A DNA stretch of 64,000 nt, taken from NCBI GenBank assembly GCA_000165345.1, contig CM000436.1, positions 960,001 to 1,024,000 of the forward strand, read 5' to 3'. The translations under genes and the position numbers were made by a program. Below, piece by piece: positions 21,441 through 37,905 of this stretch; within the stretch, counting starts at the first letter, position 1; every line of letters starts with the position of its first letter. The notes below the pieces were generated by a model, which saw nothing but the letters and a program-made list of their open reading frames with translations, made no database searches and had not been told where the DNA came from.

Positions 21441-21957
21441 ATCTTCTGATACAAATTAAATGTACTATATTTACTTCTTTTAGTCTTTAGATGATATCGC
21501 ATGAAATATATTGATTTACCTTTTATTATTTTAATTTAGAATTTCTTTTCTTACCTACCCCACATGCTTTGCTTTATCTACATCTCCATTAAATTATATA
21601 TTTGAACAATTCCCGCCTTTTGTGTGCAAATAATACAAAATTTTAAACTGAAGGCGAATTAGAATTAATGAAAATAGTAGAAGAAATAATCTTTCAAAAT
21701 GGAGCATGATAATTTAAATATCTAGTGGACTACTTTTTGTTATCTTTGGATGTTTGTGCTTTTAATAATTAGTAATTTATTTGTTTTAGTCAATTAGTCG
21801 TAACTAGCTATATTAAATAAAAGGTTTTGGCGGTAAAGTATCGAATATAATAAACATTGACCTGGGAAAAAAATTAAGTAAAACCTGCTTTAAGTTGTTG
21901 TCCAACTTAAATAATATTTTAACTTAGGCGAATTAACTAGCTATATGATTTAATAAA

Positions 21958-23460
21958 ATGACATCAAATAACGAGCGTTTTCTATATTCTAGTGAATTCA
22001 AGGGGGTGATTTTTGCAGGTGGCTCTGGTAGAATGTTGGGACCACTAGCAAAGAATATTTCAAAGGCAATGATCCCAGTATGTAATAAGCCAATGATATG
22101 GTACCCTTTATCTAATTTGATACAACATAGGATTAGAGATATATGTATATTTTGCGAGGAGGAGTTTGAGAATTCTATAAGAAAATATATTTCAGAGACG
22201 TTTTCAAATGATACGATAATTAAAAGGTTTGAATTTGAAGAAACATATCAACAAAATATTAAAATTATTGGATTAAAGGAAGATGAGTCTTTATTAGAAT
22301 CAAGTGGTACTTGGAGTATTCTATCAGAATATGGAAAAGAATTTTTACGAGATTCTGACTTCTTTGTCTTAACTTGTGATGTTATTGGACCATTAGATTT
22401 ATTAGGATTAGCAAATAAGCACCGTCTTACACAAGCTGTATGTACTATCTTATTAACAGAAAGTCCTGATTTATCCAAAATTAAAGGTTCTGGAAAGCAA
22501 ACCTCTAATTCAAATAATCAAGCTCAAGCAAATCCAATTGGAGGAATTTCAGTTGATTTGCAAAAAGATAAAAATAGAAGTATCTTTGTTATAGATGAAA
22601 AAGATGAAGTAATTCTATCTATAAAAGATTTTTATTCTGCTAAGCAAGAAAATGAAGTTTCCGAATTAAGCAAGCTTCAATTGTTTTGGCATCCCAATGT
22701 ATCATTACGTACGGATTTGGTAGACTTGCATGTATATCTATTCAAATCCTCCATTTTTAAGATCCTTGAAATTGCATCTGGGTCACAAAAAATATCCACA
22801 ATTGAATACCCAGAAGATGGAATTGAGTCAATCAGACTAGAACTTTTACCATTCCTTGCGAAAAATCAACATGTACCAGGTTCTGAGCTTTGGGGCAGGT
22901 CCAAGTTTGATTGTTATCACTTTCTAGACGACGAAATAACTACATCGAACGATTCATCTGTTAAATTCACTAAAATTGACCTTCCTCCGAAAATAGAAGG
23001 TACATCAGTATCATATTTCCTCCAAAAGCTCCCTCAAAATTCTTCTAGGGTAAACACTATCATGGCTTTACATGATTGCAATTTGGCGGCAACATCTCCC
23101 GCATACTTCCCTGCATGGCTAGCTGAAGAACATGATATAGGGACAAATGTGGGGAAGGAGGTAATCATCGGTCAAAATTGTAACCTTGGAAAAAGTGTGC
23201 AGTTAAGAAGATGTGTTATTGGGTCAAATGTTGAAATAGGAGATGGCTCTAAGATTGTAAACTGCGTTATTTTAGACAATACAAAGATAGGATCCAAGTG
23301 TACAATTCAGAACTCAGTCATTGGCCAATATTCTGAGATTGGCGATTCATGCAAAATTTCCTATTCTGTAATAGAGCATTATTTTAAAGTGGATGCCAAC
23401 TCAAAATCGCAGGGAGAGATAATGGAAAAGAGAGATGAACTCTTCGAGATCAGTATTTGA
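21958..23460 (+). CDS. translation initiation factor eIF2B gamma-like (NTP-transferase plus left-handed beta-helix)
   Basis: GVIFAGGSGRMLGPL...IPVCNKPMIWYPLSNL is similar to eIF2B-gamma. C-terminal hexapeptide repeats IGSNVEIGDGSKIVNCVILDNTKIG are present. Confidence 0.55.
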   Translation: MTSNNERFLYSSEFKGVIFAGGSGRMLGPLAKNISKAMIPVCNKPMIWYPLSNLIQHRIRDICIFCEEEFENSIRKYISETFSNDTIIKRFEFEETYQQNIKIIGLKEDESLLESSGTWSILSEYGKEFLRDSDFFVLTCDVIGPLDLLGLANKHRLTQAVCTILLTESPDLSKIKGSGKQTSNSNNQAQANPIGGISVDLQKDKNRSIFVIDEKDEVILSIKDFYSAKQENEVSELSKLQLFWHPNVSLRTDLVDLHVYLFKSSIFKILEIASGSQKISTIEYPEDGIESIRLELLPFLAKNQHVPGSELWGRSKFDCYHFLDDEITTSNDSSVKFTKIDLPPKIEGTSVSYFLQKLPQNSSRVNTIMALHDCNLAATSPAYFPAWLAEEHDIGTNVGKEVIIGQNCNLGKSVQLRRCVIGSNVEIGDGSKIVNCVILDNTKIGSKCTIQNSVIGQYSEIGDSCKISYSVIEHYFKVDANSKSQGEIMEKRDELFEISI

Positions 23461-23692
23461 TTATTTAATTTCCCATTAGTTTTTTTTATATAGCAGGTTT
23501 GCTCTCTAAATATTCTATTTTCATTATTCTAGTTTTCTGATTGCTATATTTAAAACAATAATTATCTCTAAACTAGTAAAACTCATAAAAGTTTTATTAT
23601 GTTTGTATTTAGAAAGATATTATCTATTTAACCTAACTAGATAAGAAATAATAAAAATAGATTAAGGATCAGTAAACCAAGTAACTATAAAT

Positions 23693-26236
23693 CTAACAGG
23701 AAGCAACTGTTATATTGAGTAATTCCCTAAGATTCTGAATTGAATTGAATGTTGCTTCTTTGAATAAATTAGAATCAGAGCAAGACTCTGCTGAGTTCAA
23801 GACGGCCTCAAGACTTGACTTTATATTGGAAGCAACGTTAATCAACTGAAGCCTCTTTTTGTTTTGACAGCTTTGAGGGTCTACGTAGACTTGTTCGACT
23901 AAAGTTAGTTCTTCAGCCTTTTCCCTTGATCTCTTGACAGTTTCTGAAGGGAGGCCAGAAAGTTCTGCAACATCAACTCCTAAAGACTTGTCTGTGAATC
24001 CTTTTTCAACTTTGTATAAGAACTTTAGAACTCCACTTCCTTGTTTAGAAAGAGATAGTGCTTTAGATGTAGATGCCGTTACTCTTAAATTAGTTACATT
24101 TGGGGTACTAGATGCAAGCGAACTGAGCTCATGAAAATGGGTAGCAAAAAGAGTATAACATTTTTTCTCACTAACAAGATAACTTGCAATGGACCATGCG
24201 AGGCCAAATCCATCAAATGTTGATGTACCACGCCCTAGTTCATCAACTATAACCAAAGTTCGCTCCGTTGCACTCCTTAGAATTGCAGACGCCTCAATCA
24301 TTTCAGCAAAGAAGGTAGAAATTCCAAGTATTTGCGCATCAGAAGCACCAACTCTACACATTAATTGATCCATTATAGGTATCTGTGCTTCTTGAGCAGG
24401 AACAAAGCATCCTATTTGGGCCAGTAAGGAACAAATAGCAATTTGGCGAATATAAGTTGATTTTCCACCCATATTTGGGCCTGTTATGATACTCAATAAA
24501 TTCCCATGACGGTGAAGTTCAACATCATTCGCAACAAACTGGCCAGTAGTAGAAACTGTTCCTTGGGCTTCAATTAATGGGTGACGAAGTTCCTTGCAGT
24601 AAAATCGGCAATTACAATTAGTGGATCCATCCTCCGAGATTTTCATTTCAGTTGCCAAATTGCATTTCCCATTGACCATTTTAGGCCTTACAAATGGAAT
24701 CTGGGCGCATAAAGACGTCATTGAAAAGCTCAAAAGAACGTCAATTGACCCCAAAATACCTGCAAGCCGAGAAACCAAAGACCAATAAGTAGAAGCTACA
24801 GATAAAGCCTTAACAAGTACTTGTTCTTGCTCATTATTATATTCTTTTATAACTTTTTCTTCACGATCTGAAAGGTCCATTAGCTCGTTTGTCCTAAAAA
24901 TATAATCATTCTTGTTTATTCTAACCTGTTTAAATCGCTTCTTATCTTGGAAATATTCTATGTCCCTCCTAGTGACTCTAAAACAAAGACTTGTATCAGC
25001 TCCTTCTCCTCTTATAACTCTAACAGCCTCTCTAGACCCTTCATTATATCCACGTTCTCTGCAGAGATATGCATCCAAATCTTTCCTGTGGGCCTCGATT
25101 TTACGTTGTATCCTATTCTTCTCTTCTGAAAGCTTTTCAAGTTCTGGGGTAAAATATGGAATAATCAAGTAGTTACCTTTGTCCGCTTCTTCAAGATCAA
25201 TAGTCTTTTCAACTAATCGAATATAGTCTTTAAACCTGTTCAATGTTGACTCCAATGGTACAAGAATTAGGTCATATACTGACTGAACAAAACTTGGAGA
25301 AGAATCTGAGTTCTTATTTTCCTCCAATGCATCCTTTATATCAGAAAAAATATTTCCTGATTGCATTACACTATCATACAACTTGACCATATCCTCTAAA
25401 CCGAACTTTGGTTCTCTCTCAGATTTTGAGCTTTCAGAAGCCATTAAAGAAGCAAATGTCCTAAATCGGACAGCTATTTGATCTAAATCGCAAACTTTAC
25501 GCATATGAATACCATACAATTTCTGACGTAAGAAGTCATTTTTACAAAAGAATTCTACAACATCTTGGCGTGAAATGATCTGTTTCTCATCAATAAGAGG
25601 TTGTCTTAGCCATTGCTCAAGTCTTCTAGCACCAACCTTAGTTCTAGTTTTGTTCAGCAACCCAAATAAATTTGTTGATGCTTTACTACTTTCTCCCTTG
25701 CTTGGAAAGATCCTTAATGATTGAACACAGGCAGAGTCCATTCTCATGAAAGTTTTAGTTACAAGAAACTTAATTTCACACTGAGAGTTATTCTCTTTAG
25801 ACTGGACTAACTGAAAATGTCTTATTAAGTTAAGCAATGAATGTCTAATCAATTCACTTTCTAACTCCTTCCCATAACTGCTGCATGACCTCCTTAATAG
25901 AGGAGAAATTATGACTTCAAAATCTTCAACAGTAGATGATTTTGGGAACTCGATTTCTTCGCATGTCCAATTATTGTTCATATCTAGTAAATTACGTAAA
26001 CGCTTTAAGCTTAAACAATCTTTCTGAACTGAGTAAACTACATTACTTGGCTGAGTCCTTACAAGTAAAGACTCTAATTCAGAAAGTTGTTCATTATCTT
26101 CTATATTTGCTACTGAAATTAATCCACTGTTTACATCAAAAAGAGAAATCCCAAGTTTTGGTTCAGTAATTGTCTGTTTTGCAACAATTGAGCAGAAAAT
26201 TCGAGTTTTAAAATTTATATCAATTGTGTTGTTCAT
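23693..26236 (-). CDS. MSH2: DNA mismatch repair protein MutS homologue, MSH2-like, 847 aa
   Basis: ITGPNMGGKSTYIRQIAICSLLAQIGCFVPA (Walker A) and DELGRGTSTFDGFGLAWSI are both present, as is the MutS domain order. The match to MSH2 is closest around the P-loop. Confidence 0.8.
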   Translation of the reverse strand: MNNTIDINFKTRIFCSIVAKQTITEPKLGISLFDVNSGLISVANIEDNEQLSELESLLVRTQPSNVVYSVQKDCLSLKRLRNLLDMNNNWTCEEIEFPKSSTVEDFEVIISPLLRRSCSSYGKELESELIRHSLLNLIRHFQLVQSKENNSQCEIKFLVTKTFMRMDSACVQSLRIFPSKGESSKASTNLFGLLNKTRTKVGARRLEQWLRQPLIDEKQIISRQDVVEFFCKNDFLRQKLYGIHMRKVCDLDQIAVRFRTFASLMASESSKSEREPKFGLEDMVKLYDSVMQSGNIFSDIKDALEENKNSDSSPSFVQSVYDLILVPLESTLNRFKDYIRLVEKTIDLEEADKGNYLIIPYFTPELEKLSEEKNRIQRKIEAHRKDLDAYLCRERGYNEGSREAVRVIRGEGADTSLCFRVTRRDIEYFQDKKRFKQVRINKNDYIFRTNELMDLSDREEKVIKEYNNEQEQVLVKALSVASTYWSLVSRLAGILGSIDVLLSFSMTSLCAQIPFVRPKMVNGKCNLATEMKISEDGSTNCNCRFYCKELRHPLIEAQGTVSTTGQFVANDVELHRHGNLLSIITGPNMGGKSTYIRQIAICSLLAQIGCFVPAQEAQIPIMDQLMCRVGASDAQILGISTFFAEMIEASAILRSATERTLVIVDELGRGTSTFDGFGLAWSIASYLVSEKKCYTLFATHFHELSSLASSTPNVTNLRVTASTSKALSLSKQGSGVLKFLYKVEKGFTDKSLGVDVAELSGLPSETVKRSREKAEELTLVEQVYVDPQSCQNKKRLQLINVASNIKSSLEAVLNSAESCSDSNLFKEATFNSIQNLRELLNITVASC

Positions 26237-26732
26237 CCTTTATTATTAATTATTAACTTTTTACTTCAAAAAATTCCTCATCTATTGATTTTACTTTTCT
26301 TTTAATTTCCAATTACATTTCCCCACAGTTATGAGGAGCCAAATGTAAAATATGCTATTATTAAAATTATATCGAAAAAATTACTCAAGTTTTATTTAAA
26401 TGAAGAAAAATAATACTTAATTATAATTTTCTGTTTCAATGTTTATTTATCTTTGTTTTTAAAATTATTTTTCTTAAATTCAAAATGTTATTAATTTTCA
26501 ATTTATTTTCACGTTTATTTCTTGATAGTTTTTAAGTCTATTACATGCGAATGATGAACATAGGAATTTTACACGTGATTTTCATACAAAATGTTAAAAT
26601 AAGAGGAAATTATTAATTAATTCAAGAAAAGTTGGTATAAAATGTCAAACAGATAAAAAGTGGCTGAATGAAATAAACAAGGTATAGTTAGGAATTAGAT
26701 TTTGATAGACAAATTTACTATATTTTGATATA

Positions 26733-27935
26733 TTATTGTATTTCAATATTAGGCTTCCACCATATTACATTAATACAAGCTAAAAGTAATTAGCATTCAC
26801 ATATATTTAAGGTGGTTAATGAACATACCTGAAGCAAAAAAGGCCTTTTTAGGGTTGAATGCAATGCATTTCGGTTGTCCAACATGACCAGTGAGATTAA
26901 CTATATGTTTTGCAGTAGTAGTTGACCAAATAGAGATAGTGGAATCCTGTAAACCATGGATTACGTACTGGGAATCACTTGAAAATACTGGCCTAGTTTC
27001 AGATTTTATTATATGGTCTAAATATAGAATAATAAATAACAGTAATATAATGAAATAGTTAAATGAGGCCATTATCCTCAATTAAATTAAGAACTTACTT
27101 GGAGATTTATTTACAGTTTTATATTCTTGGAATAGCTCTCCTCTGAATGAACTAATGGTGAAGATTTTTCCTAAATTGGTTTTAACTAATATAAGTCTGC
27201 CATCAGGACTGAATGTAATATGATCTATGTAATTTTTCTTTCCAATATGACTTGAAAGGTTAAAGGTATCAAAAGGAGAGTATGTTTTAGAATCATACAT
27301 AGTGATAATATGATCATCAGTTGCAACAGCAAAAGTTCGTCCTTCAGGGTCAAAAGCTGAGATTGGAGTTTTATTTTTTGTGGATTGAACTGCCAATGGG
27401 GTCTCAAGCTTAAAATTATATATAGATACTTTTGAATCATTTGTTGAAACAATGAATAAATCTTTGTTGGGATGCACAGAAATCCCATTATATGGCACGA
27501 CACTAAAAAGAGTTGAATAAAATGAATTAGAAATAATGATTTCCAAACATAAAGAAATATCTTAAATAAATTAACTTACCCAGATGAAAGTTTAGTAGCC
27601 CTAATATATCTATTTTCTTGAATATCCCATAGTCTGATAGTGGCATCACCATCTGTTTTGTTTGAAGCTACAAGGCATTGCTTGTTACTATGAGCGAATT
27701 TTATTGCATCCATACTATTCTTCCTAGAGTGGTGAATCCTGAAGATATCCCCAGAAGAAATGGTGTACACTCTTAATGTGTCGCTTTCACAAATGAGTAA
27801 TGAGTCGCCATCTTCACTCCAATCCATATTTGAAATAGGCGTGATCGCATCTTTAAATACACGGCATGCTTTAAATTTGGTAATCAAATCATCATTCAAA
27901 ACAGTTCTAGATTGTTCCAACATAATGATGAACAA
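26733..27935 (-). CDS. SWD2: WDR82/Swd2 WD40 protein, 4 exons (27580..27935, 27099..27502, 26829..27017, 26733..26779), 331 aa
   Basis: Three adjacent track ORFs join through GTAAGT, GTAAGT and GTATGT donors and pyrimidine-AG acceptors. The spliced C-terminus FNPKKAFFASACINVIWWKP matches WDR82 [35 protein letters not shown] matches WDR82 PVCSFDPEGLIFAAG. Confidence 0.7.
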
Positions 27936-28020
27936 CTATTATAGTCTGAATAGTTTAAATTTAACTATTAGAAATAAAACACTCAATGTAGAAAATGTAC
28001 AGCTTTTTGACATTCGTATA

Positions 28021-28045
28021 TTTGGCGCCAAAATGTTTATTTGGG
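28021..28045. promoter_or_regulatory. E2F-like site TTTGGCGCCAAAATGTTTATTTGGG, 90 bp upstream of the WDR82 start
   Basis: Direct reading. Confidence 0.5.
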
Positions 28046-28172
28046 AAATTTAAAGGGAATAATAATTAGATTATGAAAGAGAACAAAGAATTGAAACAAA
28101 GGCTAAGGAAGAATTTTTATTAAAATATGACTTAAGAAAGTGCATTAATTAATGCATTCTCCTGAAATGAAT

Positions 28173-29031
28173 CTACTCGTCTGATATAGAATCATCTTCG
28201 CGATAATATAGTAGAGGGGCATGGTAAATATCTCTACGTATGATTTCTCCAATATCGATATCATCAGAGATATTTTCTGAAAAAAAGTCGAAAAATGATA
28301 AAACACTATTTTTGTATTCCTCTTCATTTTCTTCAGTATCAATAAATTTCTTTTCAATAATTGATCTTGGGGACTCTTTCTTCCAGTTAATTTTGGTTAC
28401 TTCGTTTACAATTTCTTGGTTATCTTTAAAGATAATATGCTTGACTAAAATATTTGGCTCCATAAATTCAGATACTGCCTCATCAAATATTAATTTAATT
28501 TTATAGGACCCTTCATTATCTAGATTATCTTCTAACTCTATATCTTTTAAATATTCAAGAATATCAAAATCCTCAGGATGCATGTTATCTTGGAAAACGG
28601 GATGTCTGGAAATAGTGTCAGCCCAAAATTTGGGTATTTTTTCAATTATAGCTTTTCTTTCATCAAAAATTGGTTTTTTCTTCTCATCAAATTGTCTCTG
28701 AATAATCATTTGCTCCTTAGCACATTCACTGTCTAGCTCCATTAATCTGGTATCAACTAATAATTTTCATTATTACTCTCAAATCAAAAGCTAGAAAACT
28801 TACCTTCTTCAAGCTTTGAAATTAATTCCTGTTTTTCATCTGAATTTGTCTTATCCCTAAGATATAATTCAAAAACAATAACAGAGTTAAAGTTACCGTA
28901 AATACTGTTCAAAACTAAAAAATTCAGCCACACTTATTACTGCATTGCAATAATAGTGTACTGAAGTAAATTTAAAATTACCCCATATTAGAAGTCTCAG
29001 CAGTTTCTAAATCTAACTTTTGCTTTTTCAT
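28173..29031 (-). CDS. SET: SET/TAF-I-type NAP-family histone chaperone, 3 exons (28982..29031, 28804..28856, 28173..28756)
   Basis: IPKFWADTISRHPVFQD matches SET IPNFWVTTFVNHP. The 53-nt middle exon with its GTAAGT donor encodes DKTNSDEKQELISKLEE(V)DTRLMELDSECAKEQ, which continues the alignment to the SET dimerisation helix. The first exon MKKQKLDLETAETSNMG is less certain. Confidence 0.6.
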
Positions 29032-29358
29032 CTTTATTATATCACAGCTTCTATAGATTAAAATATGTTGCTTTATAATTCAATCTTTAGAGTAATTATT
29101 ATAACCGCCTTCGTTTTTTTTAGTAACTTTCATATTATAGTCAAATTTTGATTAATTGCCCGCCCGATTGTGCCGCCACTTTATATGGTTTTACACGACA
29201 TGTACATGTCATTTTTGGCCTGAAGTGTGATTGAATAATAATTTTTACTAAAAACAAAAATAGATAGAAATTGAGATAATTTTTTCAAAAGTAATACATG
29301 GAATCTTGTGGGAGTATCACAGAAGAGTGTATTTGAGAATTATACGTCTAAAGAAAGA

Positions 29359-31122
29359 ATGGCTTCTCTCAATGATATTAGTAAAGGTTCACAGGGGAGC
29401 CAGTTAATAGATTTAAATGGCTCTGAGAAGAGAAATGACTATATGGACTACATGTCACATTTGCAAAGTAGTGCTGCTCAATTGAGATATGAAAATAGTG
29501 TTTTAAAGAATGATAATGCAAATTTAGTATCAAAGTTGGACAGAGCTGTGAGTAAGAGTAGAAATGGAGTAGAAATACCAGAAAATGCAACAACAGCAGA
29601 AATTGCGGAGGCATTTGAAAAGTTGAATGATGAAAACTGCAGATTAAAGAGAGAAATGGAACGTTTGATACGATCAAATACTAGATATAGGGTTGCAATG
29701 CAAAATAGAGATCCTAGCTTAATTCCCTCTGAAGAACAAGATAAAAGTTTTTTTAACTCTGATGACTCTGGAGGAAGGTTATGCCAGTGTGAATATATAC
29801 TTAATGAAATTCTAGAAGCAGTTTCTTATAAGTTAGAAACTTATGAAAAGCATATCTGGGAACATAGATTAGCTACTTTAACTAGTGAAAGAGATGAAAT
29901 TGCTGTCCAGAATATTTCACTAGTAGATAGGCTAGCTGAAATTGAAGCAATTATTAAAGTAGATCATGTTCTTGCTGAAAGATTTAATGTTCCTCTAGAA
30001 GGTTGTGATGAAAAGAATCAAATATTAACTTTACACCGTAAGTTGGGCTTTGCATTGGATGTAAACCAGCAGCTCGAAAGAAGATTAGCTTTTGAAACGC
30101 AGCTTTCAAGATCTTGGCAAAGTAATATGCATACAATTGTTAGTGAGGTAAGTTTTTCCTAAAAAGTTTGCCATTTGCTAACTTTATTGTGACCAATTTC
30201 TAATTTCCCGCCACCCCACATTGCAATTATTACATGCATTTGCAAATTATTTGCACATTTTATAGTTAAGGCAATATATGTATGAACTTGGATCTATTAT
30301 AAAACAGTCAAATGGTTGTGAGATATTTAGAACTGTAAATTCTTCAGGTAAGTTACATATATGCAAACCAAATCCTTATAAAATGAAAATTATTTAACTG
30401 AAATTCTTTTTTTTTCAGACCAAACTGGTAATAAAGGCTCTGGAAGTATTGTGGAAGCTCCTGGTTACAGAAAAGCTGATAGAGAAAGTTTAAAGTTATT
30501 AAGGCTGGCAAAACAAAGAATTGAGGCTGATACAAAGAGATTAGAAACATGTAATAAAAGAATTATAGAATTAGAAAATGAGGTTGCATCATTAAGGGTA
30601 CGTAATCATTCATATATATATAGGGAAGGAGCAATAAACCATGATGCTGCAAGCAGAGGAATCATGAACGAAATTCTACCTCCACCAAAAATTTCAGCTC
30701 AGGATTTGACTGGAGGTCTAGTCAGATCATTTTCAAAAGCTCAAAATGACAATAATCTATTTTCTGCTAATAAAGGAGTACTCAATGTTAAATTGGATAA
30801 AGTTGATGAATCTGAAGATACTGGTAATAATACTCATGTCAAACAGGAAGTACTTCAATCCGAGGTTAATAAAAATTCAAGTAGCATTTCTCAAGAAAAA
30901 AACAAAAGTTCTAATGAAATTCATGATCTTGAGGAAGGAAATAGTACTCATAGAAGTCATCATAGTAGTCATCATAGTAGCCATCATAATACTCACCGTT
31001 CTCATACTCAAAGTCATTCTTCAACTCATAGAAGCCATCAATCTGGATCGTCCAATGATCATCATGGCCCTAAATCATCAAAATCTCATTCATCATCGTC
31101 ACATTCTAAGAAAGATAGATAG
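29359..31122 (+). CDS. coiled-coil protein with His/Ser-rich C-terminus, 3 exons (29359..30147, 30266..30347, 30419..31122), about 524 aa
   Basis: Track ORF 1 ends in GAG|GTAAGT. The exon from 30266 to 30347 is 82 nt, flanked by TTTTATAG and GTAAGT, and open in only one frame. It joins in phase to ORF 2, which has no ATG of its own (the track start is GTG). The first ATG of exon 1 is at 29359. Confidence 0.5.
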
Positions 31123-31466
31123 ATTATTAATATACTAATCATCTAATGCTTGCAGTGGTTATTTTCTGATTATGGAAAATAATATGAAATAATAAATTTA
31201 TTTCATATTAAATTTCTGGTTTTGCTCTATATATTACTAATTGCTATAACTTTATTATTAACATTAATTTTTTGTTTAACTTTTGTTCTTTTCAGGTTCA
31301 ATCAGTAAAAAATAAAAATTCAGTTTTTGCTACAGGATCAGTTACTACATCATGCTCAATATCATCCACAGAAAACGGTAAGTTGAAAAACACATTTAAT
31401 ATAAAAATTTATTATTATTAATTATATTAATTCATTATCAAATTTAATATAGGTATAAGATACAGT

Positions 31467-37499
<6,033 letters not shown>

Positions 37500-37545
37500 T
37501 TTTAATTATAAATAATTGCATGCACAAGAATAAATATAAAATAAC

Positions 37546-37598
37546 TGTGTGTGCGAGAGAGAGCGCGCCAACATTGCATGTTTTTTTTTTTTTTTTTT
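37546..37598. repeat. (TG)n(GA)n-GCGCGCC element followed by T18 in a convergent 3-prime intergenic region
   Basis: tgtgtgtgcgagagagagcgcgccaacattgcatg is followed by 18 T. Confidence 0.6.
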
Positions 37599-37905
37599 GA
37601 ATGGAATTGAATTGAATTATAATATAAACTTGAACAAAAGTTATTATTTATTGAAATGAAAGAAACAATTGTAATGCAATTTTTTTCTTTCGTAATTACA
37701 GTAGGAAATATTTGATTTAATTATTATAATAGAAGAAGAAAAAAATTAGAATAGAAAATATATAGAATACCATAGTTAATAAATATATTTATTTAGTGAT
37801 TAATAAAGCCTATAAGATAAATTTAAATTAGTTATTTAATATATTAGCGAGGTTTTGAGCAGTTTATCAATATTGGTATTAATTTTAAACAATTATGTAA
37901 TGGAG

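Noticed and set aside
30599-30625. GTACGT...ATATATAG inside the coiled-coil gene that looks like a mini-intron
   Set aside because: It is only 26 nt, not a multiple of three, so removal would shift the frame. The ORF reads through it cleanly.
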